A stretch of 64,000 nucleotides of DNA from a virus. Every line of letters begins with the position of its first letter. Positions within the stretch are counted from its first letter, which is position 1. Below are positions 9,250-20,091 of this stretch, piece after piece. The stretch is from the IMG/VR virus record IMGVR_UViG_3300007511_000004, positions 32,001-96,000 of that record. One strand, written 5' to 3'. Both the position numbers and the translations under genes were made by a program. The notes beneath the pieces are model-generated. The model made no database searches. It was not told the DNA's origin and was given only the letters and a program-made list of their open reading frames with translations.

Positions 9250-11736
9250 ATGATGGCTGTAGCAATTAAACATAAGAAGAGTTCTGTAAGTGACAACGCG
9301 CCGGGAACTGGCGACATTGGTTATGGCGAATTTGCCATCAACTATGCGGATGGTAGGCTATACTACAAGAACTCTTCAAATGCAATTAAGAACTTCATTG
9401 ATTCGGATTTAGTCCAGACGGCTATTACCACTACAGTCGATCAGGCATACCTTAACAGCAAGAATATTAATGCTGATACCCTTGATGGTCAACATGGATC
9501 ATATTACTTAGATTATAATAATTTTGTCAATACTCCTGCAGGTGGGTCCTCATGGGATTCTGCCACCACTAGAACGGTATTTAGTGTATCAGGTGATTTG
9601 GCTTATGATAGTGCTACTGGCCAATTCAGTGTTACTACATATAAAGATGCGGACTTCGATACTAGATTAGGGACAAAAACCACCGCTAATCTGACCGAAG
9701 GCAGTAATCTTTATTATACTGACACACGAGTTACCTCCCATGTAGATGCGGCGTACGTACAGGCAAGACAGGACTTTGCATATGCATCGTTAACTGGCGC
9801 GCCGAGTATCCCAACATTGGGTAATGATTATGTCGACTCTGGCCAGGTATCATCTATTATTACGGCAGACGTTGATGCAGCCTTTATTAATGCGCTAACT
9901 ATTGATGCCGACACACTTGGTGGGCAAAATAGTGCATATCATCTAAATTATAATAACTTTACCAATACCCCGACAATTCCATCTTTAGGTAATGACTACG
10001 TTGACTCTGGTCAGGTATCATCCATTATTACGGCAGATGTAGACGCGGCATTTATTAATGCGCTAACTATTGATGCCGATACACTTGGCAGCCAGGCAGG
10101 AAGCTATTATCTCAATTATAATAACTTTACTAATACTCCAACGATCCCATCTTTAGGCAACGACTACGTTGACTCTGCTCAAGTATCATCAATCATCACA
10201 GCAGACGTTGATGCAGCCTTTATTAATGCGCTAACCATTGATGCAGACACACTTGCAGGTCTTGCGAGTAGCTATTATTTAAATTACAACAATCTCAGCA
10301 ATAAGCCTACACTACCATCTCTTGGAAATGATTTCGTAGATAGTGCTGAAGGAAGAAAACTAATTTCGGTAACTGATGCCGGTGGGGATGGCTCTCTATC
10401 CTATAATAATGGTACAGGCGCCCTTACCTACACGGGGCCTTCTGCTTCGGATGTACGAGGACATTTCTCGGCAGGTGAAGGTGTATCGATCTCGAGCGGA
10501 GTGATATCAATTGCTCAGGCTGTCGATTCAACCGAGGACGTATATTTCGGAAGTGTTACTACTACGAGTAACATTATAGTTGGTGGGAACCTTACAGTAA
10601 ATGGTACTACTACCACACTTAATACTTCCACTCTTGACGTTGAAGATCTTAATATCACTGTTGCCAAAGACGCAGCAGATAGTGCTGCTGCAAACGGTGC
10701 TGGGCTTACAGTTGATGGTGCTGGTGCAACTCTTCTTTATAACCATAGTGGCAACCGGTGGGATTATAATAGAAGTATTAGTATCAATGGTAATCGTGTT
10801 CTAACAGTAGGCGACGAAGGCGCAGGTAACGGCCTTGATGCAGATACTTTAGATGGTCAGCAAGGATCATATTATCTCAATTATAATAACTTTACCAATA
10901 CTCCGGCTACAGATAATATCTTTAAGAACTTTGCAGTAAGTGGACAATCAACGGTTACTGCTGATACCAATAATGATACCCTAACCCTTGCAGAAGGATC
11001 TGGGGTAACCCTCACCACCAATGCCGGTACTGATACGATTACAATCTCCGCATCGTCTGGCGCGCCAACACAACCATCACCACCCGCCTCACCCTCTGAT
11101 GGGGATTTCTGGTGGGATGATTCCGCTGGCGATCTATACATCTATTATGTTGATAGCAGTTCGGGACAATGGGTACAAGCTTCACCTTCTATTCTGGCAG
11201 ATAACGCAGTCACCTATGCTAAGATGCAGGATATGACCACTGCACGAATTTTAGGACGTAATACCGCCGGTTCAGGAGATCCGGAGGAATTAACGGCAGC
11301 TACTGTCAGAACCATGCTTAATGTCGAAGACGGCGCTACTAACTATTCTCACCCGACCCATCCTGGAGATGACTTTAGTGTAGATACTGGTGCTTTAACC
11401 GGTGCGGTAGTCGTATCTGATATAGACATTAACGTCACTACGGATACGTCGGGTCACGTGACGGATGCCAACGGCTCAGTTTCTACCAGAACTTTAACAC
11501 TTGCTAATCTCGGTTATACTGGTGCTACCGACGCTAATAACTATTCTCACCCGAACCACACGGGTGATGTTACATCGTCGGGTGATGGGGCTACTACTAT
11601 TGCAAATAATGCAGTCACCAAGGCCAAAATGGCAAATGATGCAGTAGGGTCAGCTGAACTAGATGATGTAACATCCTTAGTAATATACAATTCTGGCGGA
11701 TCAGCAGTCAAAACTTTATACGGAGCCGGTAGCTAA
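9250..11736 (+). CDS. long tail fibre-like protein with internal repeats
   Basis: [16 protein letters not shown]-terminal domain, repeated DADTLDG-x-YYLNYNNF motifs, GDFWWD domain. Confidence 0.75.
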   Translation: MMAVAIKHKKSSVSDNAPGTGDIGYGEFAINYADGRLYYKNSSNAIKNFIDSDLVQTAITTTVDQAYLNSKNINADTLDGQHGSYYLDYNNFVNTPAGGSSWDSATTRTVFSVSGDLAYDSATGQFSVTTYKDADFDTRLGTKTTANLTEGSNLYYTDTRVTSHVDAAYVQARQDFAYASLTGAPSIPTLGNDYVDSGQVSSIITADVDAAFINALTIDADTLGGQNSAYHLNYNNFTNTPTIPSLGNDYVDSGQVSSIITADVDAAFINALTIDADTLGSQAGSYYLNYNNFTNTPTIPSLGNDYVDSAQVSSIITADVDAAFINALTIDADTLAGLASSYYLNYNNLSNKPTLPSLGNDFVDSAEGRKLISVTDAGGDGSLSYNNGTGALTYTGPSASDVRGHFSAGEGVSISSGVISIAQAVDSTEDVYFGSVTTTSNIIVGGNLTVNGTTTTLNTSTLDVEDLNITVAKDAADSAAANGAGLTVDGAGATLLYNHSGNRWDYNRSISINGNRVLTVGDEGAGNGLDADTLDGQQGSYYLNYNNFTNTPATDNIFKNFAVSGQSTVTADTNNDTLTLAEGSGVTLTTNAGTDTITISASSGAPTQPSPPASPSDGDFWWDDSAGDLYIYYVDSSSGQWVQASPSILADNAVTYAKMQDMTTARILGRNTAGSGDPEELTAATVRTMLNVEDGATNYSHPTHPGDDFSVDTGALTGAVVVSDIDINVTTDTSGHVTDANGSVSTRTLTLANLGYTGATDANNYSHPNHTGDVTSSGDGATTIANNAVTKAKMANDAVGSAELDDVTSLVIYNSGGSAVKTLYGAGS
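9820..10340 (+). repeat. three tandem 168-bp (56-aa) repeats within the fibre gene
   Basis: [14 protein letters not shown] starts recur at 9820, 9988, 10156 and 10324. Confidence 0.9.
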
Positions 11737-13172
11737 TGGCAAGATTAAATTTTCCTAATAACCCCTCAAATAATCAAGAATATACCGCCAACGGAAATAA
11801 GTATAAATTCCGTCTGAAGCCCGGTACCTCCCACGGGTCTTGGCGGGCGACAGCCTTCCAGGATGCGCCTAGAGGTATAGCAGCTGCCGTTGAATTCGGG
11901 ACAGTAACAACCGGGTCCGCAGGATCCGATGCTTCGGTTTCTAATTCCGGTACCTCAAGTGATGCAGTTTTCAATTTTACTATTCCGCGGGGAGACACTG
12001 GTCAAACTGGTGCTAAGGGTCAGAAAGGCGCTGTTGGCGCAACCGGAGCAAAGGGTCAGAAAGGCGCTGTTGGCGCAACTGGTAGTACTGGTTCTAAGGG
12101 TCAAAAGGGCGAGCTGGGATTAACTGGTGCTAAGGGTAATACTGGCTCGACTGGTAGTACTGGCTCGACGGGTAGTACCGGGGCAAAGGGTAATACTGGC
12201 TCGACTGGTAGTACTGGTGCTAAGGGTAATACTGGCTCGACTGGTAGTACTGGCTCTACCGGCTCGAAGGGGCAAAAGGGTGCCACCGGCGATATCCCCT
12301 CGTCGCCGACATTTACCGATGGATATGTCAATGGCTGGTGGAGAAATAATACCTCAGGCAAAGGTCTATATAACCAAGCAACGGGTCAACACTGGTATTC
12401 CGATAACGATGATTATTGGAATATTGCCGGTGGTACCGCTGCAAACGGTATTAGATTTAGAGACGACCACGACGGTACTATTCGGGGTTATATGTATGTT
12501 GACCAATCAAGTAACGTTGGTTTCCTAAACTCTGGCGGTCAATGGTCAATCCGTTGTCATATTCCCGATGGCGAATCACCTAACATTTACTTTGAAGAAA
12601 ATGCAAACACAACTTGGTCTGGCGACCCTGGCAATAACGAAGGTAAAATTGAATATCACTCTGACAGATTCTACATTGCAGCAGGGGCAAATTCGAACCG
12701 GGTTTGTCAATTTAGAAGGTCAGGTTCTGACGTAGCTTATGTTGACAACTCAGGGATTTACACCGGAACCGCAACATCAGCTCGATGGGCGGACGTTGCA
12801 GAGAGATATGCAGCAGATGGGGTATATCCACCGGGCACGGTACTTGCTATTGGTGGCGATAAAGAAGTAACCGAATATAAAGCTGGTATGCCCTTAGCTG
12901 GATGTGTCTCCACTAATCCTGGTGTACGGATGAACAACCACTTCGAGGTAGAAGACGAGAATTCTCCTGAAGCAGTTCTTCATCCATACGTTGCGCTTGC
13001 GGGGCGTATCCCAGTATCCATCAACGGGTCGGCTAAGAAGGGTGATTATATTGTAGCTGATGACAATGGTAAAGGCAAGGCCGTTTCGACCTTGCCCTCT
13101 GACATCAATTTCACGTTGATCGTCGGGATTGCATTAGAAGATGGTACAGATCTAGTTGAAGTGAAGGTCTAG
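11736..13172 (+). CDS. collagen-like tail fibre with C-terminal autocleaving chaperone (peptidase G2/IMC-like) domain
   Basis: 34 uninterrupted G-X-Y triplets; C-terminal ADVAERY...GCVSTNPG...VALAGRIPV...KGD...IVGIALED. Confidence 0.8.
   Translation: MARLNFPNNPSNNQEYTANGNKYKFRLKPGTSHGSWRATAFQDAPRGIAAAVEFGTVTTGSAGSDASVSNSGTSSDAVFNFTIPRGDTGQTGAKGQKGAVGATGAKGQKGAVGATGSTGSKGQKGELGLTGAKGNTGSTGSTGSTGSTGAKGNTGSTGSTGAKGNTGSTGSTGSTGSKGQKGATGDIPSSPTFTDGYVNGWWRNNTSGKGLYNQATGQHWYSDNDDYWNIAGGTAANGIRFRDDHDGTIRGYMYVDQSSNVGFLNSGGQWSIRCHIPDGESPNIYFEENANTTWSGDPGNNEGKIEYHSDRFYIAAGANSNRVCQFRRSGSDVAYVDNSGIYTGTATSARWADVAERYAADGVYPPGTVLAIGGDKEVTEYKAGMPLAGCVSTNPGVRMNNHFEVEDENSPEAVLHPYVALAGRIPVSINGSAKKGDYIVADDNGKGKAVSTLPSDINFTLIVGIALEDGTDLVEVKV
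11991..12296 (+). repeat. collagen G-X-Y repeat (34 triplets, no proline)
   Basis: [12 protein letters not shown] ... GAT GDI read directly from the translation. Confidence 0.95.
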
Positions 13173-13745
13173 TAAGTCTCCACAAGTACCCTCTGTAACC
13201 GGGATATCCCATTTATCGATCATCGCCTTATAAGCTTTATCCCAGATAGGTTGTAGATCAGCGTTCCCGGCATCACCTTGTCGGACACTATCCTCTGCCA
13301 TAGTGTGTTCGGGATTATGTCGTACGAAATAGACCTCGTCAAACTCTTTAGCCTGTTCTACTGCCATCTTTTCGTATTCAGGTTCGAGTTGACGATCACA
13401 AAGTCCTAACTCATGCGCCACTTTATTGAATACTACATAATCTAGGGGTAATCGCTTAGTGATGAATACGTCGCAACTATATTCATGTTCGAGCATTTGA
13501 CTCCAATGTCGATGGAATAACCAGCTGACCGAATAATAATTGCCCCCGATTTCCTTACCAAGAATTTCATGATCCATAAACATAGTAGATCTAACAGTTT
13601 CGGGCATATAGGTTACATTAGCACCTCTTACTCCAAACTTCTCTCGTTCAAGTAGTTTAATACAAATAGTATTTTTTCCCACCCCGTGCGCGCCTACGAC
13701 CGCGATTCTTTTATCGGATTTCCCCAAGGTCTTCTCCCTCATCAT
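13152..13745 (-). CDS. P-loop NTPase/kinase (AAA_28/NadR-like)
   Basis: [13 protein letters not shown] Walker A; ITKRLPLDY resembles the DRxxxD motif; last gene of the minus-strand operon. Confidence 0.7.
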   Translation of the reverse strand: MMREKTLGKSDKRIAVVGAHGVGKNTICIKLLEREKFGVRGANVTYMPETVRSTMFMDHEILGKEIGGNYYSVSWLFHRHWSQMLEHEYSCDVFITKRLPLDYVVFNKVAHELGLCDRQLEPEYEKMAVEQAKEFDEVYFVRHNPEHTMAEDSVRQGDAGNADLQPIWDKAYKAMIDKWDIPVTEGTCGDLLDLHFN

Positions 13746-14292
13746 TAATAGTATATTGTGATAGATTTAGGGTCTGCATCGTTTTAGTATCGAATTCAAG
13801 CCCAAAATACGTTAAGTTTGTTATAGCAGGTTTTCTTATTGGATCCATGTCAGCGAAATGATCATGCACTAGGTTAACATCATTATGTAAAAAATAAATC
13901 TTAGCTTTATCTAACTGTCTTTCAAGTGTATAATATAATCCTATGCCTGATTTTAAAGGGTCTAATCTAGATCCCGGTGGAAGAGATGGTATAGGGTGTT
14001 TAGATAGATCCTGATCGTATATCTTAAGGATAGGAGAATCCTCGAACTCGATAGCATAATAATCACAGAACGCGTGGGGTTGAACATTGAATCTATTTCT
14101 AATATCTTCATCAGGATGCTGGTCATAGGTAATATTAATACTGGTATCACTAACACCGATAAGCTCAATACCCTCGTCTGTGATCCATGGACACTTAGCT
14201 CGAATCCCCATAGATTCTATGAGACCACGAGCTTTATCAGGCCTAAAGAATTCCTGCCTAGTACCTTCGGTTGTGACTTTCTCTTCAATCAC
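13711..14292 (-). CDS. hypothetical protein
   Basis: 193-aa ORF overlapping both neighbours in the operon. Confidence 0.6.
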   Translation of the reverse strand: MIEEKVTTEGTRQEFFRPDKARGLIESMGIRAKCPWITDEGIELIGVSDTSINITYDQHPDEDIRNRFNVQPHAFCDYYAIEFEDSPILKIYDQDLSKHPIPSLPPGSRLDPLKSGIGLYYTLERQLDKAKIYFLHNDVNLVHDHFADMDPIRKPAITNLTYFGLEFDTKTMQTLNLSQYTINDEGEDLGEIR

Positions 14293-14677
14293 CTAATTCT
14301 TCCAAATAGTATTCGTAAACATCCGGTACCATCCCATCATCTCTATGTGATATATCAATTTCCTTGATAATCGCGTCGTATGTTTCCGGATCCTCATGAT
14401 AGGGTTTAAAATAGGGATCATCGGGGAGAAGATTCGGATATGATAATACGTCATAAAAGGTCTCGTTGAAATCTTCAGCAATCCAATTGGCATAACATAT
14501 TGCCACGAAATAAGACTTGGCCGGGTAGATCCACTTATCAACTCTTTCATAAAAGTGTTTAATTGCATCTGGTATGATAGTATCGGGCGCCCAGGTTATC
14601 TCGACTCGATTTAGGTCGTCTTTGGTGATATCCTTTAATCTCCGATATACCTCTTGTCTAACTTGCCATTCTTTCAC
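14285..14677 (-). CDS. hypothetical protein
   Basis: 130-aa ORF overlapping both neighbours; YPAKSYFVAICYA core. Confidence 0.65.
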   Translation of the reverse strand: MKEWQVRQEVYRRLKDITKDDLNRVEITWAPDTIIPDAIKHFYERVDKWIYPAKSYFVAICYANWIAEDFNETFYDVLSYPNLLPDDPYFKPYHEDPETYDAIIKEIDISHRDDGMVPDVYEYYLEELGD

Positions 14678-15923
14678 AGATCTTCCCTTCGATTATCGCA
14701 TAATATAATTCAGCGTCAACACTATATATTGAATCTACTAATCCAACTCCCTGTGCCACACAGTACCAATTGAAGGGGTTCCAGGGGAAAGCCATCGATC
14801 GGTTAGCAACACTCTCTACATTAAAATCCGTATCAAACCTGTCATCATTATAGTAGTGTAGTAGTATAAAATCTTTTATTTCATTAATTGAATTGAGTAG
14901 GGTGGCGTCTAACTCCCTATAATCGTAACCACTCTTAATAGATTCTCCGAACAATTTTGCGGCATAGACTATGAATTCGATATTAGTTGCTTCAAGAGGT
15001 TCTACAAAGTGTGCAGCTAACCCATTCGATAATACATTCTTATATGCAATTTTAGATAGGGCACCAGCTTCAAACCTCAGAATCCTACCACCTTCAATCC
15101 CCATTTCTGCTCGGGCTTCTTCGTCACTTATCCACTTGGAAGAATAAACATATCCCCTATTATTCCGATCCTGTAGGGGGATTGACCACTCCCAGCCATG
15201 TTCTCTTTTAATAGATTCGGTATAGTAGCATGGATCTGGTTCTTTAGAATACACTAGAGCCGAATCCAGATGTAGATCGTCAAAGGGAAGGTACTTGATA
15301 TCGAATGGATGAGATAATAGTCTTTTCTGGCCAGTACAATCCACATAGTAGTCTGCTACGTGTCCCTTTATCGATACTACACCATTATCATCAATTATTA
15401 CATCATTATCGTCAATCGTATCATAATGATGATTGATCTTACCTTTTAGGAAATCCCTAAGATAAGGTGCAACCAGATCATTTTGCCAATGGAGAGCTAT
15501 ATCCCACCAAAAGGGATCGTTACTTTCCAGGTCCGGTGGGATGTCGTCTAAAGCAAGTTGGGTATAGGGGCTTAGATTCTTAACCGGTTTCCCAGCCTTA
15601 AAGATATCCGTTAGAACATCCTGATCCGGAAAAAGCCTATCGATGAATGATTCACCGAAGGGATGGAAATACTCTTCTTCAGCCCAGTTAACGAAATTAA
15701 CCCCGTACTTCACGGTTGAATTGGTTTTTGAAATGAAATCTTTTAAATCAATATCCGCTGCTCTTAGAACATCTACTACGGTCTCAGTAACACTTTCGCC
15801 TACGCCAATCGGGGGAATAGTATTACTCTCGATAAGGGTAATATCAAAATCCTTATGGAGGATGAGAGCCGAGAACCAACCAGCGGTTCCACCGCCACAT
15901 ATTAATATCTTTTTTCGGTCCAT
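14658..15923 (-). CDS. flavin-dependent (tryptophan-type) halogenase
   Basis: GGGTAGW FAD motif, GVGES, catalytic-Lys motif TVKYGVNF, WEWSIP (WxWxIP), FVEPLEAT. Confidence 0.88.
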   Translation of the reverse strand: MDRKKILICGGGTAGWFSALILHKDFDITLIESNTIPPIGVGESVTETVVDVLRAADIDLKDFISKTNSTVKYGVNFVNWAEEEYFHPFGESFIDRLFPDQDVLTDIFKAGKPVKNLSPYTQLALDDIPPDLESNDPFWWDIALHWQNDLVAPYLRDFLKGKINHHYDTIDDNDVIIDDNGVVSIKGHVADYYVDCTGQKRLLSHPFDIKYLPFDDLHLDSALVYSKEPDPCYYTESIKREHGWEWSIPLQDRNNRGYVYSSKWISDEEARAEMGIEGGRILRFEAGALSKIAYKNVLSNGLAAHFVEPLEATNIEFIVYAAKLFGESIKSGYDYRELDATLLNSINEIKDFILLHYYNDDRFDTDFNVESVANRSMAFPWNPFNWYCVAQGVGLVDSIYSVDAELYYAIIEGKICERMAS

Positions 15924-16798
15924 TCTAATAATTCTCTATGCCCATTACATCCATCTGTTAAATCGTGTACGTACCTATAGTGCTCAGTAAGACACCTGCC
16001 GAAATAATCGCAATTGCGACAAATATCTGAAACGTTCTTGATTGGCTCGATCAGCGCCCATTTACGATATTCATCAAAACTGTCTAATTCTAAGAAATAT
16101 TCGCGATCCGACACATCAAATTCCAACACGCCGAATTTTCCGCTTGGGGTAATATATACGTGATTGTTACTGAAAGCGTTATAGTTTCCCGATATAGATT
16201 CCTCTATGCGATAGAGGTTTTCAAATTCGAATGGCAGATCTAACTCTAACCACTTTTTAACAAATTCTTCATAATCACTATGCTTAACATTGTGACAGTT
16301 AGCTTGGTTCGTTGAATATGGTTTGATCTCTACAGATCGAAGATTCGAGAGTAAAGATAATTCCTGTACCATGGAAGGTACATCCATATCAAGTACATTA
16401 CGACTTGCAAGTATAAGGACTGAGATTGGTACCGGTGATACTAGCATATTTGCAAATACTATATCACTCCGCTCTCTTGCAGCAAAGTCATATGAGACCG
16501 AAAGCGATATATCATTATCGTGCATGTATGTTTTAGGAGATGCGTAATTGGTAACAATATTAATTACACCATCATAATGCTTACGAATGATCTTCTTCAT
16601 ATCATAGAAGTAATCGTCACCTAATGTTGAGATCTCCCCGCCATATAAATCGATGTGGTGAATATCCGGGATCTCGCTCAACCTCTCATCTAATACCCTC
16701 AGATCAACCTTCTTCTTATCTGCTAATTGTTCACTAGTAAGATAACAAAAATCACATCGAAAATTGCAAAGATATGTGGGGTTGATCGATACGATCAT
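15902..16798 (-). CDS. radical SAM/SPASM protein (4 of 4)
   Basis: CNFRCDFC, YGGE, C-terminal CRNCDYFGRC...GC. Confidence 0.88.
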   Translation of the reverse strand: MIVSINPTYLCNFRCDFCYLTSEQLADKKKVDLRVLDERLSEIPDIHHIDLYGGEISTLGDDYFYDMKKIIRKHYDGVINIVTNYASPKTYMHDNDISLSVSYDFAARERSDIVFANMLVSPVPISVLILASRNVLDMDVPSMVQELSLLSNLRSVEIKPYSTNQANCHNVKHSDYEEFVKKWLELDLPFEFENLYRIEESISGNYNAFSNNHVYITPSGKFGVLEFDVSDREYFLELDSFDEYRKWALIEPIKNVSDICRNCDYFGRCLTEHYRYVHDLTDGCNGHRELLEWTEKRY

Positions 16799-17514
16799 AA
16801 CAATTGGGTCTCTTTATAGTATCCTGATTTCAATTTATTCTGACCCCATAGCTGGCTGTAGCCAAGAGTTGCAATGACTGTATATCGAGTTTTATCCGAA
16901 GTGAGCTCGGTCACCTTATGTACGAATGACGGATCATTATTATTTAAGATAATGATTTTATTACGATGTGGGGTATATCTTTGGGTTATCTCTACCTTAT
17001 CAGTGAGGATATCGTCTAACGAGGTCTCCGGTCTCCAATGAGGCATAGGATCACCAGGCTTCCATAGTATATCCGGTCTACCAACTAATAACTCTCCACC
17101 ATCTTCTTCGGTGAAGTCGTCCATATTAGGATAACAGAGTATTTGAAGTAATGTTCCATCATATCCATCAAAGTGCCAGGGTAACCCTCCGCCCTGACTC
17201 ACTTTATTAATATTGACGTGTATTTCGTCGAAATCTCCGTAGACGTGTCTCCAGTAATCGAAATAAGGTAACTGAACTATATCTTGGAAAAATTCTAAAT
17301 ACTGTTGCCGACCTTTAATGTAAACATCTTGATCTCTTTGGTGATATTCCCGATCCCAGACCGGATTCTGTACGATTGACCCATAACTACTTTCGGTACC
17401 AAAAGTCTCTGACATTAGCATGCTGAATAACATAGCGCTAAAAGAAGGATCCACGTCTACAATATCAGCGCCCTTCTTATATAAATCGTTGAAGTTAGGT
17501 ATCTCTTGTATCAT
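16795..17514 (-). CDS. 2OG-Fe(II) oxygenase
   Basis: WHFD...GGEL...FVHKV...RY. Confidence 0.8.
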   Translation of the reverse strand: MIQEIPNFNDLYKKGADIVDVDPSFSAMLFSMLMSETFGTESSYGSIVQNPVWDREYHQRDQDVYIKGRQQYLEFFQDIVQLPYFDYWRHVYGDFDEIHVNINKVSQGGGLPWHFDGYDGTLLQILCYPNMDDFTEEDGGELLVGRPDILWKPGDPMPHWRPETSLDDILTDKVEITQRYTPHRNKIIILNNNDPSFVHKVTELTSDKTRYTVIATLGYSQLWGQNKLKSGYYKETQLL

Positions 17515-18025
17515 AATTAAACGTCACTACAATTCGGGCTTCGGGAGATTTGGGCTGAGAAGAACTATGGAATTTTAATCCATTGAACCACATTGTTCTA
17601 TTTGCTACAGAATCACATACACTTTCTATAGTATATTCTTTATGTTGTTCCGGTCCATTCTCTTTATATATGTAGGTTGGAGCAGTACTATCCGTTACGT
17701 AATAGAGCTGGGTTGTGTGAGGTTGCATATAGTCTACATGGGGATCATGCACCATACCACCCTCATTACTATTAAATATATATCCGATTCGTATCCGGAT
17801 CAGACGACCGAAATCTAGGTTAATCAGTGGGGATAATAATCCAAACAATCTTTTATCATTGATATTCCCATTCCGATAAACCACAGTAGAGAATCCATTT
17901 TGGTTATCACTGCCCCCTTTCTTTACCACATTCTTATTAAACGTCCATTGGGTTTCGGGAGATAGGATTTCTTCATGAATTAGTTTGTGTGAAAAGGGAG
18001 TTAGGAAATTGTCAATTATTTGCAT
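17495..18025 (-). CDS. 2OG-Fe(II) oxygenase
   Basis: IIDNFL start (ATG 18025), PHVD...FHSS...RIVVTFN. Confidence 0.8.
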   Translation of the reverse strand: MQIIDNFLTPFSHKLIHEEILSPETQWTFNKNVVKKGGSDNQNGFSTVVYRNGNINDKRLFGLLSPLINLDFGRLIRIRIGYIFNSNEGGMVHDPHVDYMQPHTTQLYYVTDSTAPTYIYKENGPEQHKEYTIESVCDSVANRTMWFNGLKFHSSSQPKSPEARIVVTFNYDTRDT

Positions 18026-19004
18026 GAATAATCCTTTCTTCAAGCTCTTTCATTAGACTGCAATGCTTTTCCACCATATCATGCTGCTTCATATCCTTTA
18101 TGGTTTTCTTGCATCCATTACAGATCTGGAATAATGCACAGGCGTAACACCCGCTATGCATAGTCTGGATATCAAGCTCTTTCTGCAGCGGGGTGAAGAA
18201 TTCACCGGCCATCTCCTTTTCGAAGTCAATGGAGTATTCTCGATCATCCCCAAATGATCCGCAACTATAATAATCGCCACTTGGCTGCATCGCTCTAATT
18301 GTATAATCACAGTCTCTATTCTGTGGACAAACCATAGCCTCATTTCGGAGTCTCTTAACCATCTGCTTCGTATTAAATTCCCATTCCATTAGACCCGATT
18401 CATAGATCTCCAGATACTTGCTATACATCTTAGATAATTGATACGGTCGGGATTGAACGCCCGAAGCCATTGCGTAGTTTAGCTTACATTCAACTCCCAT
18501 CTCCTTTGCAAGTTTGACATTATCAAGTGCGGTATCTTCATTCTCTTCGTCGATAACTGATATGAAATCGGGTCTGTATCCGACCCATTCGAGCATCTTG
18601 TCTGATACCGCCCAGAAGTCTTCTTCCGTGAAAACGCTATAATCACCCTTCAGTCTCGAGCTGCCATAATGAAATGACGTGGTTATACCCATACGCGGAT
18701 GAGTAAAAATATCGATCCACTTCTCTGGCTTCTGGTAGAAAGGCCAGAGATTAGTTGTAAAGGAAACAGTTGCTCGATGATCGTGATCGTCAAGGTGTGC
18801 TAATAGTTTCTTATAATACGAAGGATCCATCATTAAAGGATCCCCGCCATTTACAATAATAGTGTTGGTATCCGGAAACCGCTCCAGGAATCTATAGATT
18901 CGGTTAAGTTCTATTTGATCCTTGACGTCGTCTGCAATTGACGTACTTGAGCAGAAAGTGCATTTGAAGTTGCAACGTTCCGTGGGCTTAATAATTAGTT
19001 CCAT
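18012..19004 (-). CDS. radical SAM/SPASM protein (3 of 4)
   Basis: IKPTERCNFKCTFC, NGGDP, C-terminal C...C...YSC...CYACALFQICNGC...C. Confidence 0.9.
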   Translation of the reverse strand: MELIIKPTERCNFKCTFCSSTSIADDVKDQIELNRIYRFLERFPDTNTIIVNGGDPLMMDPSYYKKLLAHLDDHDHRATVSFTTNLWPFYQKPEKWIDIFTHPRMGITTSFHYGSSRLKGDYSVFTEEDFWAVSDKMLEWVGYRPDFISVIDEENEDTALDNVKLAKEMGVECKLNYAMASGVQSRPYQLSKMYSKYLEIYESGLMEWEFNTKQMVKRLRNEAMVCPQNRDCDYTIRAMQPSGDYYSCGSFGDDREYSIDFEKEMAGEFFTPLQKELDIQTMHSGCYACALFQICNGCKKTIKDMKQHDMVEKHCSLMKELEERIIHANN

Positions 19005-19630
19005 AATGAAATACCTGCATTGATGGTATACCGATTAACGTTATTATTGGTTAACCTCTTTACTGAATGTACCAAGCGGGGGTTTCCATTATTCAATAGA
19101 ATTACTTTCCCGTTAGCTGGATACACAGTGTGCTTAGTTTCGACCTCCCCGTCAGGCCAGGTTCTTTCGCCGAGTTTAAGATACGATTCCCACTCATTAT
19201 CCCATCTACTTTCCTCAGTGAAATAGATTAGGAATCCGATATCGTGATCTTCTACCCCATCCCAATGCCATCCAAGCTCCGCTGATCCGTTCCACACATC
19301 TATGAATTTTAATTTATGATTATAGCCGCAAGTTCTTTTAAACCACCCGGTGTAATGCGGATCACCGAATAATTCATTTATCACCTCTATATAAATTGGA
19401 GGAACAGACTCGACGCTTTTTTGATTGACTTGCCCCTCACGATCTCTGTGATATTTTTTAGCCTTCTCGGGTGCACCATCTGCTGCATTTATACTCCAGT
19501 CTGGCACACCTTTATATTCAATGTGATCTACCCAATTCTCAGATAAAAGCTGACCCCAGACCATAGCATTAAGATGGGTAGGCAGCTCCCATTCATCATA
19601 CCCATCCTTGTAGAATTTATCGACGTTCAT
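18995..19630 (-). CDS. 2OG-Fe(II) oxygenase (paralogue of 16795..17514)
   Basis: WHWD...LVHSV...RY; NNGNPRLVH matches NNNDPSFVH. Confidence 0.8.
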   Translation of the reverse strand: MNVDKFYKDGYDEWELPTHLNAMVWGQLLSENWVDHIEYKGVPDWSINAADGAPEKAKKYHRDREGQVNQKSVESVPPIYIEVINELFGDPHYTGWFKRTCGYNHKLKFIDVWNGSAELGWHWDGVEDHDIGFLIYFTEESRWDNEWESYLKLGERTWPDGEVETKHTVYPANGKVILLNNGNPRLVHSVKRLTNNNVNRYTINAGISLWN

Positions 19631-20091
19631 ATTGCCGTTGTTCCTAGCCGAGTTTTTCCCTCACCTGTAATATATAGCTGAAGGTCTGATACCTTGGCTA
19701 TTCTAATGATACCGTAGAAGGGCGAGGCTGTGTGATAGACGTAAGCGGGGAAGGTTACTGTCATACCAGTAGTCGGTTTAATAATATATGGTTCGAAGTG
19801 TGAGGCCAACTGCGAGGGGTAGCCACGATTAGCATTACCTCGCGGGTCGTGAAGTATTAGTTCCCCGCCCTCCCCTGAGACGTGTTCATAGTAGATGGAT
19901 GTGAAGTGAGCGTGACCGTGATTATGAGTCGCTAGCCAATAGCCAGACTGTGGGCTTGTTTCCCAGTTACGGATAGCGTGATCAAGTTGATCAAGATCCT
20001 CCTGAAAATAGATTTGTAAATATTCTTTGAATCGTGTCCCAGGATCAGGGTTACCGTTCTCTTCAACGTGTATCGGGGTGGACCACATCAT
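19627..20091 (-). CDS. putative 2OG-Fe(II) oxygenase (TIGR02466-like)
   Basis: HNH...GGELILHDPR...FPAYVYH...R. Confidence 0.75.
   Translation of the reverse strand: MMWSTPIHVEENGNPDPGTRFKEYLQIYFQEDLDQLDHAIRNWETSPQSGYWLATHNHGHAHFTSIYYEHVSGEGGELILHDPRGNANRGYPSQLASHFEPYIIKPTTGMTVTFPAYVYHTASPFYGIIRIAKVSDLQLYITGEGKTRLGTTAI

Noticed and set aside
9820-12296. Repeats as a CRISPR array or DGR template/variable repeats
   Set aside because: The repeats are in-frame coding units without unique spacers; no cas or reverse transcriptase gene is present.
11929-12528. Alternative-frame ORFs (11929..12123, 12101..12361, 12127..12528) with repetitive sequence
   Set aside because: Shadows of the collagen G-X-Y repeat.
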